In this document: one piece after another, positions 53,531 to 63,275 of the stretch
Numbering within the stretch: the first letter of the stretch is position 1
Layout: each line of letters begins with the position of its first letter
Source of the DNA: a virus
Length of the DNA stretch: 64,000 nt
Direction: 5' to 3' (one strand)
IMG/VR virus record: IMGVR_UViG_3300027985_000661
Span: 32,403-96,402 of that record
Notes under the pieces: model-generated
Seen by the model: the letters and a program-made list of their open reading frames with translations, nothing else
Told to the model about the DNA's origin: nothing
Databases searched by the model: none
Position numbers and translations under genes: made by a program

Positions 53531-53944
53531 TTATGATTTAATGCTTTTTAAAAAGCTTTCTAAAGCATTAAAATCGGATTTCTTACTTCCGGTAGTCATT
53601 GCTTTATCGAAAAGTTCATTTAATTTAGCTAGTTTTTCTTCAATCTTTTTGCGAGATTTAATTTTTTCATCGCTATATTGAGAAATAGCTACTGTTTCTT
53701 CGCCATCTCCAAGTTGATTGTGAACTACTTTATCTGGTTTTTTTGTAGCGGCCAGGTCGCTTTCTAATTTTAAAATAGCCTCTTCTGCTTTATCAAATAA
53801 AATTGATAATTCATTTTGCAAAGAAGCTAAATATGTATTCTTTTTTTCATTGAATACTACTCCGGACGCATCGTTGTTATTGTCTGCGTTTTTTTTGAAA
53901 TCTACAAATTGTTGATGGATAGACTTTGTTTTATCTTTTGACAT
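53531..53944 (-). CDS. Hypothetical coiled-coil protein
   Basis: 137-aa ORF. Confidence 0.6.
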   Translation of the reverse strand: MSKDKTKSIHQQFVDFKKNADNNNDASGVVFNEKKNTYLASLQNELSILFDKAEEAILKLESDLAATKKPDKVVHNQLGDGEETVAISQYSDEKIKSRKKIEEKLAKLNELFDKAMTTGSKKSDFNALESFLKSIKS

Positions 53945-53991
53945 ACTTTATCTTTTTAAAATTGTAACTTTATTTTTAGAATAGTAAAAGA

Positions 53992-54085
53992 GGGCCTAAC
54001 CTCTTATGTAAATCGCGCTATTTACACGGGTACGTTCAGCTTTTCCTTTAAGGGAGAACAGTCCATATCCAAGATCATTAGGCCC
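53992..54085 (-). ncRNA. Candidate 94-nt multi-branch RNA element
   Basis: Closing stem GGGCCTAA/TTAGGCCC; internal GTTC/GAAC and TGTAAAT/ATTTACA stems. Confidence 0.45.
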
Positions 54086-54092
54086 GTAGTTT

Positions 54093-54542
54093 TTATCCCA
54101 ATTTTTCGTTTAATAACTCACAAAATTGAGAAAGTTCTTCTAATTTCTTAATTGCACGCATAGTGGCATTACGCATGCTTGTGTTGAAATCTTTTGCATA
54201 AGCTTCGGCTACTGCCGCATCTCCTGCCCAAACATTTGGTCCCATAGCAATTTTAGTTTGGTCTAATGGGATTTCGATTTCTTCAATTCCTTTGGCAGCG
54301 TTTTCGCCTTCATGCACCGGTTTTCCATCTTCTCTTACATGAACCCCTACTATTTTTAAAGCAGTGTTTGCATCATTAATTGATACTGCTTTTACCATAA
54401 ATCTTTCAACTGTAGCAAATACTAAAGATCCTGGTTGAAGTAATTTGACACCTTCGTCATCTTTTGTATGTGTTCTTACTGTGAAAATTACTTGAGTACA
54501 GTGAATTCCTGTTACGTTTTGAAATGGAGTGTTAGTAACCAT
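54093..54542 (-). CDS. Hypothetical protein
   Basis: 149-aa ORF. Confidence 0.6.
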   Translation of the reverse strand: MVTNTPFQNVTGIHCTQVIFTVRTHTKDDEGVKLLQPGSLVFATVERFMVKAVSINDANTALKIVGVHVREDGKPVHEGENAAKGIEEIEIPLDQTKIAMGPNVWAGDAAVAEAYAKDFNTSMRNATMRAIKKLEELSQFCELLNEKLG

Positions 54543-54906
54543 AATTTTGATTTTTTAAAATGTTATTTAATAGTAAAAATTTTTCTTGTTTCGAGTTGCT
54601 ATATATCTCTTTGATTTCAACTCTAGAAGAAAGAATGTCTTTCTTATAATCTATAATAGGATAAAGTAATCTATACCAATTCCTGCTAAATATTTCTTTT
54701 GTTTCCCTATCGAATATTGAAGCTAAGGGTTTCCAATAATATGTAGCTTGGCCTTTTAATAGCACTTTAAAGAAGTAAAAATTATATATTTTTTTTACAT
54801 TAAGTAATTCAATTAATACTCCTCCTATTTTTTCTGTTTTATCTACCCCACCTATTATATAAGTAGGTATAGAAGTTTCACTTGAGATAATTTTATATTT
54901 TTTCAT
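54532..54906 (-). CDS. Hypothetical protein
   Basis: 124-aa ORF. Confidence 0.5.
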   Translation of the reverse strand: MKKYKIISSETSIPTYIIGGVDKTEKIGGVLIELLNVKKIYNFYFFKVLLKGQATYYWKPLASIFDRETKEIFSRNWYRLLYPIIDYKKDILSSRVEIKEIYSNSKQEKFLLLNNILKNQNYGY

Positions 54907-54924
54907 TTTTCTGAAGTTAAAAAA

Positions 54925-56025
54925 GGGGAGAACACTAGTTATGTCCGATAAAAGTGATGGCTCCCCCTATGTTATTCGATTTTCAGTTTTTTGAGTTATA
55001 TTACCTCTTCAAATTTTGTTCTTGTTACGAATTAATCGTTTAAGGCGTTTGCCCATAAAATATGTAAATTAAAAAATTACTCGATTTAAATGTTTATAGC
55101 ATGACTTGTAGGGATCTTGTTGATCTGGTTTAAATAAAATATAATAATTTTTCTCTATAATGTGCTGACTTTACACCATTAGACACCTATGCGAATGCCC
55201 TTAAAGATTCGAATTTCTCCGCCTGCTTTTCTTTTTTAGATATTATTATTATTTTTTAAATACTAGTCTGTAATTATTCGTCAATATATTATTACCTACT
55301 ATATAAAAGGTGGGATTTAAACTCTTTATACCCAACACATTTGGTAAACCAAGTGTTAGTCACGACGGTACCATAAGATACAAAATGCTTCGTTCACTTG
55401 CATACTTTTATATATTTACTATAAAATTTAAATTTTTTCATTCTTTGTTCCCTACTAACTTCTTTTTTAAAAAGAAATACTATATTACTTACGTTGTTAC
55501 ATAATATATTATTTACTTTACGCTTTTGGAGAACGGTTATATCTAGACTTACTTGCTTAAAGCTTTCTCATCTTAACCAAAATACCATTAAATAAAATAT
55601 CTATTCTAAATTTGTATCAATACAACCTACAATGTTCTTTTATTCTTATACATCCTACTCCCGACTATACTATATATAAAAACTTTTGGACAGTTTCTAG
55701 TCGCATTCAACAGGCTATCTTTCAAGCTTTTCCCTTAAGTAGTTGAAATATATAGTTTTAAGAGATATAGTTTACCTTCCTCCGTCATCCAAATGCGTAT
55801 TTAAATCTCCTCTCGGAATCATTTACTCTATACTATCTGCCGATTTAGTATAAATTCATGCCCTGAGTATCTTAGATAAAGAATAAAATAAGTATTGTTA
55901 CCAGACTTGCACTGGCCCTACCTCCTTGTTACAATTTATGAATTATTTTAATAATAATATTCCTATTTACTTGTTTACTTCGCTAATCAGTGCAGCGAAG
56001 CCTAACATATGGCACATTAGGTTTT
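54925..56025 (-). ncRNA. Candidate large structured non-coding RNA region
   Basis: About 1.1 kb with no sense-strand ORF of 60 aa or more; many nested inverted repeats. Confidence 0.4.
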
Positions 56026-56035
56026 TGGATATTCT

Positions 56036-57685
56036 TTAAAAATAGCGCGAATCTACTTTTTTATAATTTTTTCTAATAATTCCATCAGGGTTTGTATATG
56101 GGTACACGTTTCCTAATTTTGAGTAGTTGTCCACATATTTATTTATTCTCCCTTTTAGAGTTTTTAGTTCCATCATCACTTCAGTAGGGGAAAGCTCTTT
56201 ACTTTCTCCATAACTAAAGTCAGGCTCTACGATTAAAATAAGCTCAGGTTCTCCGTTTTTATTTGTACCTACTATGATAGTAGCACTTTTTACAAGCGGT
56301 TCTCTATATGCTATATCTAATATTTTTTGAGTTTGCACTGTTTTACCTTCTGAAGTAAGATACATTGATATATTCTTACCCAAAAGATATAAAGCGCCAT
56401 TTTTAGCATAGCCTATGTCTCCTGTTCTTAATTTTCCTACATAATTTTCATTTAATAAGAAGTTCTTTCTAGTGTGATCGGATGTTAAATATCCATCTGC
56501 CATATCTACACATTCTATAAAAACTTCCCCAATTTCACTTTCTGTATCTTCGCTTATAGTTATTTTATCCTCAATTTTAGGAATAATACCTATATTTTTT
56601 GGTAAATAAAAATAAGATTTTTTGCCTACATATGTTGCAACTTCTGTCATTGTATATAATACAGTATATTTGACTTTAATTGCGTTTAATATGCCTCTTC
56701 TTTTTATTTTACCATTAATGAAAATTTCTTTTAATTTTAATCCAAAACGTTTTTTGAATTCTTTTAAAACTAATAAATGTCTTAAAGGTTTCCAGAACCT
56801 TAGTAGTGGTGTTACCTCCCTTTCGAGAGCAGTTAAAATGTATTCTAATTTTTCCGCATTGATATACATTTGATCCACGTTTTTATTTTCCATACTTTTT
56901 AATATGGTATAATAATCTAAAGGATCCCCTATTATTACTTTCGCTCCCTTTAGCATAGGTATAATAATACCATTTGTAATATCGTAAAGTGAATTAAAAG
57001 GTTCAAAAGTTATAAATGTATCTTTGATTTTATGAGAGTCATCTTCTATTACTGTCCTTAGTCCTCTATAAATAGAGTGGTGGGATATTTTAGAAGCGTT
57101 GAACACACCTTTACTAATTCCATTATGAAATATAATACCATAATATTCTATTTTTTTAGGTGTAATGAATTCATTTTTAATAGGGATGGTTTCTTTGTTT
57201 TCCCATAATTTTTCTGTATTAATAAGATCTTTGAGCTCATTAAAGATTTTATCATAAGTTCTTATGGTACTTATATTCCCCATTTTATAATTAATTCCTT
57301 TTACAATAACATTTAATGTTTTAGGATTAATTGTTAATGTATTTCCTTCATTAGGGTTTTCCAATGCTTCTTCTGAAAGAAGTAATCTTTTAGAAGAACT
57401 TGGTTCAGCTACTGCCAATTTAGCTAGACTATCTGATTTAGGTTCTGTATTATCTAAAATAGTAAAATTAATTCCGTAACTTAAACATGCTATTATAGAT
57501 GCAGTCCCTACTAAAGGGTCGTCTGTTAAAATGGCAACTAAATCTTTAGAATCTATATCTAAGGATTGAAATAAATCTGAATATGTTTTCGCCCTAACTA
57601 ATATTTGTTTTCCAGTAATAGGTACTCCATCCTTCCCTATTATTGCAATATTATTAGATATTTCTCTTAAATATTTTTTGAACAT
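56036..57685 (-). CDS. Divergent AMP-binding (acyl-CoA synthetase/ANL superfamily) protein
   Basis: YTMTE (YGxTE-like), GEVFI, MADGY and LRTGDIG...LYLLGK motifs; P-loop degenerate (FHNGISKG). Confidence 0.7.
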   Translation of the reverse strand: MFKKYLREISNNIAIIGKDGVPITGKQILVRAKTYSDLFQSLDIDSKDLVAILTDDPLVGTASIIACLSYGINFTILDNTEPKSDSLAKLAVAEPSSSKRLLLSEEALENPNEGNTLTINPKTLNVIVKGINYKMGNISTIRTYDKIFNELKDLINTEKLWENKETIPIKNEFITPKKIEYYGIIFHNGISKGVFNASKISHHSIYRGLRTVIEDDSHKIKDTFITFEPFNSLYDITNGIIIPMLKGAKVIIGDPLDYYTILKSMENKNVDQMYINAEKLEYILTALEREVTPLLRFWKPLRHLLVLKEFKKRFGLKLKEIFINGKIKRRGILNAIKVKYTVLYTMTEVATYVGKKSYFYLPKNIGIIPKIEDKITISEDTESEIGEVFIECVDMADGYLTSDHTRKNFLLNENYVGKLRTGDIGYAKNGALYLLGKNISMYLTSEGKTVQTQKILDIAYREPLVKSATIIVGTNKNGEPELILIVEPDFSYGESKELSPTEVMMELKTLKGRINKYVDNYSKLGNVYPYTNPDGIIRKNYKKVDSRYF

Positions 57686-57978
57686 AGTTTTTTGTTTTTG
57701 ATTGAATATTCCATAGAAACTCCTATAGTAGGATCTCCTATTTTAAGAGAAATTTCAAGATCGTTTTCTTGACTTTTTAAAATGACTTTTCCGTTTTTTA
57801 TCTGTCTTATTTTTGAAATTAAGCTTAATTTTATAGAATCATAGTAAAAGAAATTGGTAGTGTCATTTTCTTTATATTCATCGGGATCTGTAGAGCTGAT
57901 TAGCGCGAGTTCTTGCATTACAAATCCTAATACTATTCTTTCTATCCTTTTATTGCTTATAACGTCTCCTTTTTTCAT
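57667..57978 (-). CDS. Hypothetical protein
   Basis: 103-aa ORF overlapping the next start. Confidence 0.5.
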   Translation of the reverse strand: MKKGDVISNKRIERIVLGFVMQELALISSTDPDEYKENDTTNFFYYDSIKLSLISKIRQIKNGKVILKSQENDLEISLKIGDPTIGVSMEYSIKNKKLCSKNI

Positions 57979-58057
57979 ATTAATAAAAATGATAGGCCTT
58001 AAAGCCTGTTAAACAATAAGGCCTACCATAGGCCAGTTATTTTACAATAACTTTATA

Positions 58058-59962
58058 TTAAACAGCTTTTTCTAACTTCATGAAATCAATATTATTGAAT
58101 TCTAAGCCGGAAGGAATCATGGTCATTACTGTTCCTTTTCCTCCTTTTGCTTTAGCTTTGTCATTGTTTTCTCTTACTTTTTTAATGTAAGCATCCATTG
58201 CTTTTTTGAATTCTTTTTTCAAATCTTCATATTTAGCTACTTGGATTACTTTAATTTCGTTTTCAAATCCTTCTAAATGGCAATCCCATCCGATAGTTTT
58301 ACCTGTGGATTTTTCTACTCTTTGGGTAATTACAGCTACATATTTAGTTTCTTTTTTCTTTGCTGTATTTCCATTTCCACTAGCAGTCTTTGACTGGGCA
58401 TGTACCTTATTTTCCTTTCTTTTTTTTGTGTCGTTGTTATTGGTTTGTTTATTACTCCCAGTAGTTGCGGGTAACGCCTTCTCTCCTTCCTTTTTCTCAA
58501 TTGAAGCAGGTTTTCCTGGAAGTTCATTTTTAACTTTTAATTTAATTTTAAGTGAATCTCCCATTTCTTCTTCAGTTAATAATCCAGAAGAATGCATTTT
58601 TTTAATAACCCTGTTCATAATGTTATCAACTTTTGAATTGGGCCATTCTACTCCTGTTTCTACTGTAGCGGTTGTTTTTCCAGCTTTTGGTTTTTGAGCT
58701 GGTACTGATTTAATGCTATAAGAATAAGCTTTAATTAATTTGCGGATCCCTTCTTCTGCCTTTCTAAAGTCTTTGTCTTTTTCTTTATGGTAAAGAAATA
58801 GATTTTCGATTAACTTATCTAACATTGGGTTTCCTTTATTTTCCTTACTAATTAAATTAAGGAAATTAAGAGCTTTTTCTTTATCCCATACATGTCCATT
58901 CTTTTTATCTGAATAAAAGTGAATTAATTCTTGAATAGCCACGTGGTCTTTTTTAATACTTCTAAAATATAAAGCTCTTGCTTTTACAAGATCATCCGGG
59001 TTGCATGAATCCATACATTTTGTAGGGTTATTGAAATCTGAAGTTCCTACAAGTAGAGTAGTATTGAATTCATTTTTTACAGCTAAAGGTACTTTTTCTT
59101 CTGCTAATTCTTTACCTGAAATTAATTTATTCAAATCAACCCCTATTTTACCGGTTAATTTTTGAGCTTTAAACTCTGTTAAAAGTTCTTTTTCTTTTGT
59201 GTCTTTGTTTGCGTTTTTAAATTTAGTAGTTAAATTATTGATTGTAGATCTTAGATCTCTAATGCCTAAACTATAGTTATTCATTAGATCACATACTTTA
59301 TAGTAAATGGCTGCTTTTTCAGGCTCCCCTTTACTTTTTTCCCAGCTTTCTACTAATTCTTTTTGTTCCTCTTTAGTTAAAGGAACGTCCACTAATTGTG
59401 TGTATACTTCTTTTGTAGTATCGCTTACTTTTTGATCAGGGGCATAAGCGAGACCCTGTTCTATTTTTTTTTCTAGTTCGGTTTTTTCTTCTTTATAACC
59501 GGCTCCAGGTGATAAATTTTTTGTTTCTTCTTTGTTTGCTTTTTTTTCTTTGATTGCACTTGTTTTACCTAGAAAATCTGGGTTAAATGGAATTTTAATT
59601 TGTTTCGCATCTGGCGTTTTTAGTACATCTACAGTAGGGACAAGTTGTTCAAGTGTTTTCCCTTGTGTACTTACTTGCATTTTATCTTTTAAACGTGAAA
59701 TAGATAAAGCCATATATTTTTCAATAATAGCTTCAATTTCCATTTTTTTGCGGTAATAAATATTAGACGAAGTATTTGCTAAATTTTCAAATACTTTATC
59801 GTTGTTTTCGAATGTTACTCCTTTTTGAGTTAGTCCAGATAAAGCAATAGGTCTTGCTGATTCTCTTACTGAACATTCTCCATAATAAGTTGCTAAAGCA
59901 ATTAAATCTTGTATTGATGCGGCTTCTATTTTTTGCATATTTTTTAAATTTAAGTTTGACAA
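58058..59962 (-). CDS. Large K/E-rich hypothetical protein
   Basis: 634-aa ORF. Confidence 0.65.
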   Translation of the reverse strand: MSNLNLKNMQKIEAASIQDLIALATYYGECSVRESARPIALSGLTQKGVTFENNDKVFENLANTSSNIYYRKKMEIEAIIEKYMALSISRLKDKMQVSTQGKTLEQLVPTVDVLKTPDAKQIKIPFNPDFLGKTSAIKEKKANKEETKNLSPGAGYKEEKTELEKKIEQGLAYAPDQKVSDTTKEVYTQLVDVPLTKEEQKELVESWEKSKGEPEKAAIYYKVCDLMNNYSLGIRDLRSTINNLTTKFKNANKDTKEKELLTEFKAQKLTGKIGVDLNKLISGKELAEEKVPLAVKNEFNTTLLVGTSDFNNPTKCMDSCNPDDLVKARALYFRSIKKDHVAIQELIHFYSDKKNGHVWDKEKALNFLNLISKENKGNPMLDKLIENLFLYHKEKDKDFRKAEEGIRKLIKAYSYSIKSVPAQKPKAGKTTATVETGVEWPNSKVDNIMNRVIKKMHSSGLLTEEEMGDSLKIKLKVKNELPGKPASIEKKEGEKALPATTGSNKQTNNNDTKKRKENKVHAQSKTASGNGNTAKKKETKYVAVITQRVEKSTGKTIGWDCHLEGFENEIKVIQVAKYEDLKKEFKKAMDAYIKKVRENNDKAKAKGGKGTVMTMIPSGLEFNNIDFMKLEKAV

Positions 59963-59979
59963 TATAAGGTAAGTAAAAT

Positions 59980-60582
59980 CTAAGAAGTATTTTTCCTAAT
60001 TTTACTTATACCTGGATTACTAATGCTTTTGTGGGCGTACTTAACATTAGTTTCTTTTTTTAAAATGTTGTATTTTATAATAGGCATTTTTAAATCTATA
60101 ATTTTAGTTATATTTTTCAAAGGCTCTATTATATAAACGGTTTCTTTAAATTTACATTTTAAAGCAGGAATTCGTATGTGTGTATTATAATATGTAAAAG
60201 ATATACTATCATAATTTTCCTTTTTTAAATATTCTTTAAATAATGTATAATCTAAGATACCAGTGTCCCTATAAGGGTGTGAACTTTTAATGGAATCAAT
60301 TTTTTCTTTATTAAAATTTAAATGGGACATGTATATTATTCTAAGTCTTACATCTTTTATATATAGATGTGAATTAAAATAAAGGGATGTTCCATCTCTG
60401 AAGTGCACTACTTGATAAGTAATGCCTTTAATTTCTTCCATAGTGACGCTGTCAATATACTCTTTTTCTGAAGTTTGAAATGCATACTCCACGTCCTCTA
60501 TTTCTTTTACTTTATCTTTGTTATCGCATCCGAATACAAAAAATAGTAAAAACATTAGTACTAAAATAATTAATTTTTTCAT
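59980..60582 (-). CDS. Putative lipoprotein
   Basis: MKKLIILVLMFLLFFVFG-C lipobox followed by DNKDK. Confidence 0.65.
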   Translation of the reverse strand: MKKLIILVLMFLLFFVFGCDNKDKVKEIEDVEYAFQTSEKEYIDSVTMEEIKGITYQVVHFRDGTSLYFNSHLYIKDVRLRIIYMSHLNFNKEKIDSIKSSHPYRDTGILDYTLFKEYLKKENYDSISFTYYNTHIRIPALKCKFKETVYIIEPLKNITKIIDLKMPIIKYNILKKETNVKYAHKSISNPGISKIRKNTS

Positions 60583-60622
60583 TTAATTTGATTTTTGAAA
60601 ATTTATAAATTGTTGAAGTGAG

Positions 60623-60655
60623 ATTAAAGGCCCACATAATGCGGGCCTTAATAAA
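60623..60655 (-). terminator. Intergenic hairpin
   Basis: AAGGCCC-ACATAATGC-GGGCCTT. Confidence 0.5.
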
Positions 60656-60667
60656 AAGCAAGTATTC

Positions 60668-61084
60668 CTACTTTTCTAGTAGTGAGTTCAAAGCAATCAT
60701 TATTGCTTCCGGAATTTCTTCGTTGAATGCTGTTGCTTTTTCAACTAATTTGTCTTCCCTTAAATTTGTTTTAGCAAAAAAGTATTTTTCTACTTCGGTA
60801 TTTCTATCATCTTGTTCTTTTACAATTTGACAACTAACACCTAGGCTTTCTAATACTTTCTTAAGTAATTCTAATTCTGTTGGTGGAGTATTTTCTTTTT
60901 TTACAAAAGAGTGAATAAAAATAGGACTTTCATTGTTAATACCAACAGATTTTTTTAATGCTTCTTCTGTTAGAGATACAATGTTTTTCATAATTTTATT
61001 CTTTTCTTCTTGTTTTATTCTTCCAACAAGATCTCGTAAATCAAAGGCAATGCCTCCCCCTACTAAAAGTGCGACTTTTTCCAT
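60668..61084 (-). CDS. Hypothetical protein
   Basis: 138-aa ORF. Confidence 0.55.
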   Translation of the reverse strand: MEKVALLVGGGIAFDLRDLVGRIKQEEKNKIMKNIVSLTEEALKKSVGINNESPIFIHSFVKKENTPPTELELLKKVLESLGVSCQIVKEQDDRNTEVEKYFFAKTNLREDKLVEKATAFNEEIPEAIMIALNSLLEK

Positions 61085-61159
61085 TTAAGTAAATTTAAAT
61101 TTGAAATATGGTTTATACCATGTGGTATAACCTTTAATTAAAAAGATTATACCTTTAAA

Positions 61160-61495
61160 TTACAGTTCTATATATTTTGAAGAACATTTCCGTATTAATT
61201 TTTCAAATCCTCCACTTATCTTACATCTTCCGCATTTACACCATACAGTATGGTAAGTATATCTACTTTCGATTGCTGAATTGCAAGATAAACAGAATAT
61301 TGCATTTTTTTGAATATTTTTACCGATTAATTCTTCTTGTATAAAAACTATATTTTGTACTTTAATTTTATTTTTTTTACTTATAGCGCTTCTTGTAATT
61401 ACATAGGTTGTTGGATCTTTTTCTTTTTTTAGTATTTTTACATATTTAAGACATGCTATTGGTCTTGGGATAATAATATTAAAATTGTTATCCAT
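61160..61495 (-). CDS. Small Zn-binding phage protein
   Basis: CLSC...IES...WCKCG...GG pattern. Confidence 0.6.
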   Translation of the reverse strand: MDNNFNIIIPRPIACLKYVKILKKEKDPTTYVITRSAISKKNKIKVQNIVFIQEELIGKNIQKNAIFCLSCNSAIESRYTYHTVWCKCGRCKISGGFEKLIRKCSSKYIEL

Positions 61496-61512
61496 AAATT
61501 AATGTTTTGATG

Positions 61513-61731
61513 TTACACTTGTATAACTAAAGTATCTTTAATTAATGGGTTATCTAATTCTACACTTCCCACTATCTTTTCTCCTTGTTTACAAATTATT
61601 TTATTAAAATCCTTATTATTACTTGTAATTTTATCCATAATTTGAACAAAAGAAAGTTTAGAGTTTGTAGTATGTTTAATGTAGAATATAAGATTTTCAA
61701 TTTTCTTAACGTTTTTTTTAGTTGTACTCAT
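61513..61731 (-). CDS. Hypothetical protein
   Basis: 72-aa ORF. Confidence 0.5.
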   Translation of the reverse strand: MSTTKKNVKKIENLIFYIKHTTNSKLSFVQIMDKITSNNKDFNKIICKQGEKIVGSVELDNPLIKDTLVIQV

Positions 61732-61732
61732 T

Positions 61733-62380
61733 TTACTTTATTTTTTTATATACTCCATTTTCAATTACATTTATAAAAGAGTTATTTTTATTTACTGCTA
61801 TTGAATGGCCGGGGTAGATAAAAAATGTGTCTACAGGCAAAATTTTAAATAAAGTAGAATAAATTTTACGTTGCTTTACTAAATCTTTTAATAGAGGTCC
61901 TCCAATTAAAATGGTTTGTAAATTAGAGCGCATTACATCTTTAGTTAAATGTTTGAAGAAATAATCTAATTCTTCTGTTATAGTATAAAGGTGAGGATGT
62001 ATTTCTTTTACTCCTAAAATATTTAATATTTTTGAAGCTTTTGTTACAGTATCCAAATCTCTATCAATAAGAATTACATTTTTTACTTCCATTTTAAATT
62101 CTTTTCTTTTTGCTAAAAGAAATTCTCGCATAGCAGTAGTTAGCAATGCAGAGTTATTCCCTATTCCACATCCAAGGTCAATTATTTGCAACCCTTCATA
62201 TTTATTTGGATCTAGATAAGGATAAATAGAGGGGATTACGTCTTCTATGACATCAAATTCTGTCATCATAGTAGGTGGATACGCTACAGGATCTGGTTTT
62301 ATTTTTAAAGATTCTGCTTCTAATTTTAAAATAGCCGCTGCTAATACTTTATAGCAAGTGGAATACGTAATTCTTTTCAT
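61733..62380 (-). CDS. Class I SAM-dependent methyltransferase-like protein
   Basis: IIDLGCGIG motif I and ILID acidic motif II. Confidence 0.7.
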   Translation of the reverse strand: MKRITYSTCYKVLAAAILKLEAESLKIKPDPVAYPPTMMTEFDVIEDVIPSIYPYLDPNKYEGLQIIDLGCGIGNNSALLTTAMREFLLAKRKEFKMEVKNVILIDRDLDTVTKASKILNILGVKEIHPHLYTITEELDYFFKHLTKDVMRSNLQTILIGGPLLKDLVKQRKIYSTLFKILPVDTFFIYPGHSIAVNKNNSFINVIENGVYKKIK

Positions 62381-62400
62381 TTTATTTGATTTAAAAGATG

Positions 62401-62607
62401 TTACATGTAAATTTCATCAGGTGAAAGTCCGTATTTAGTTAATATCTTATCTGTTTTACGCCTTTCTTCTTTTTTTATAATATTGATATTCCATAGTAGG
62501 TATAATATTATAAATGCTAGAATTAGGCATATTCCTAATAACGATATAAAATAAATATCGAACTTCATCAAGATGATTTCTAATTTATTTTTTAATAATT
62601 CTGACAT
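62401..62607 (-). CDS. Small membrane protein
   Basis: Single long hydrophobic helix. Confidence 0.55.
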   Translation of the reverse strand: MSELLKNKLEIILMKFDIYFISLLGICLILAFIILYLLWNINIIKKEERRKTDKILTKYGLSPDEIYM

Positions 62608-62992
62608 AATAATTACTATTTTTTACTTTATTAATGTCATCTCTTAACTTGTAAACATTTTTAAAAATGATTTCAGGTTCTTGCAATTTAGCATGCGTAT
62701 TATACAGCTCTTTATAGATATTCATTGCTTTATTAGAGCCTACATCTTGCAAAGTTTGCATTACTTCATTGCTTTCTGATATTAATTTTTTAATTTCGAG
62801 CATATTTATTTTTTGCCCTTGACTGCCCATTAATCCAGTGTTGATTGTAATGTCTCTTCTGCGTAATGTTACTATTTCGTTTAATATTTTTTTTAATTTC
62901 TTTTTTTCTTTACTATAAAGAAAAGCTAAAGTAAAGATTAACATGGAAGCAATTATCATTGCCGCATGCATTAGATTTACGTCTATAATCAT
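62585..62992 (-). CDS. Membrane-anchored coiled-coil protein
   Basis: N-terminal TM helix. Confidence 0.55.
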   Translation of the reverse strand: MIIDVNLMHAAMIIASMLIFTLAFLYSKEKKKLKKILNEIVTLRRRDITINTGLMGSQGQKINMLEIKKLISESNEVMQTLQDVGSNKAMNIYKELYNTHAKLQEPEIIFKNVYKLRDDINKVKNSNYYVRIIKK

Positions 62993-63006
62993 AATTTTTT
63001 GATTTA

Positions 63007-63270
63007 TTATAGTAAATAAAAAATACGGAGCTCTCTAAATACACCCCCTATAAATATATTTACATGGTTATTGAAATATTCATCTTTAGGTTTATATTTT
63101 TTAATTTCTGAATTTTCATCAGCTAATACTAGTATTTCATCTCCTGCTTTTAAAGATAAAAAGGGTAAATCAAATCTCATAGTACGTTTTATAAGAGTTA
63201 GTTCTGTTTCCATATGTTTATTTTTTGATTTGTAAAAGGGGCCTAAGCCCCCATCACACAACAACAACAA
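63007..63270 (-). CDS. Hypothetical protein (likely start METE at 63213)
   Basis: A-rich leader before the ATG; hairpin upstream. Confidence 0.5.
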   Translation of the reverse strand: MLLLCDGGLGPFYKSKNKHMETELTLIKRTMRFDLPFLSLKAGDEILVLADENSEIKKYKPKDEYFNNHVNIFIGGVFRELRIFYLL

Positions 63271-63275
63271 TTATT

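Noticed and set aside
54967-55056. Short peptide MGKRLKRLIRNKNKI with possible TGA read-through
   Set aside because: Only 15 codons, with no other evidence of recoding; cannot be supported from sequence alone.
55310-55504. 64-aa + strand ORF in the large gap
   Set aside because: It runs opposite to the local transcription direction, has a GTG start and an F/Y-rich composition typical of AT-rich shadow frames.
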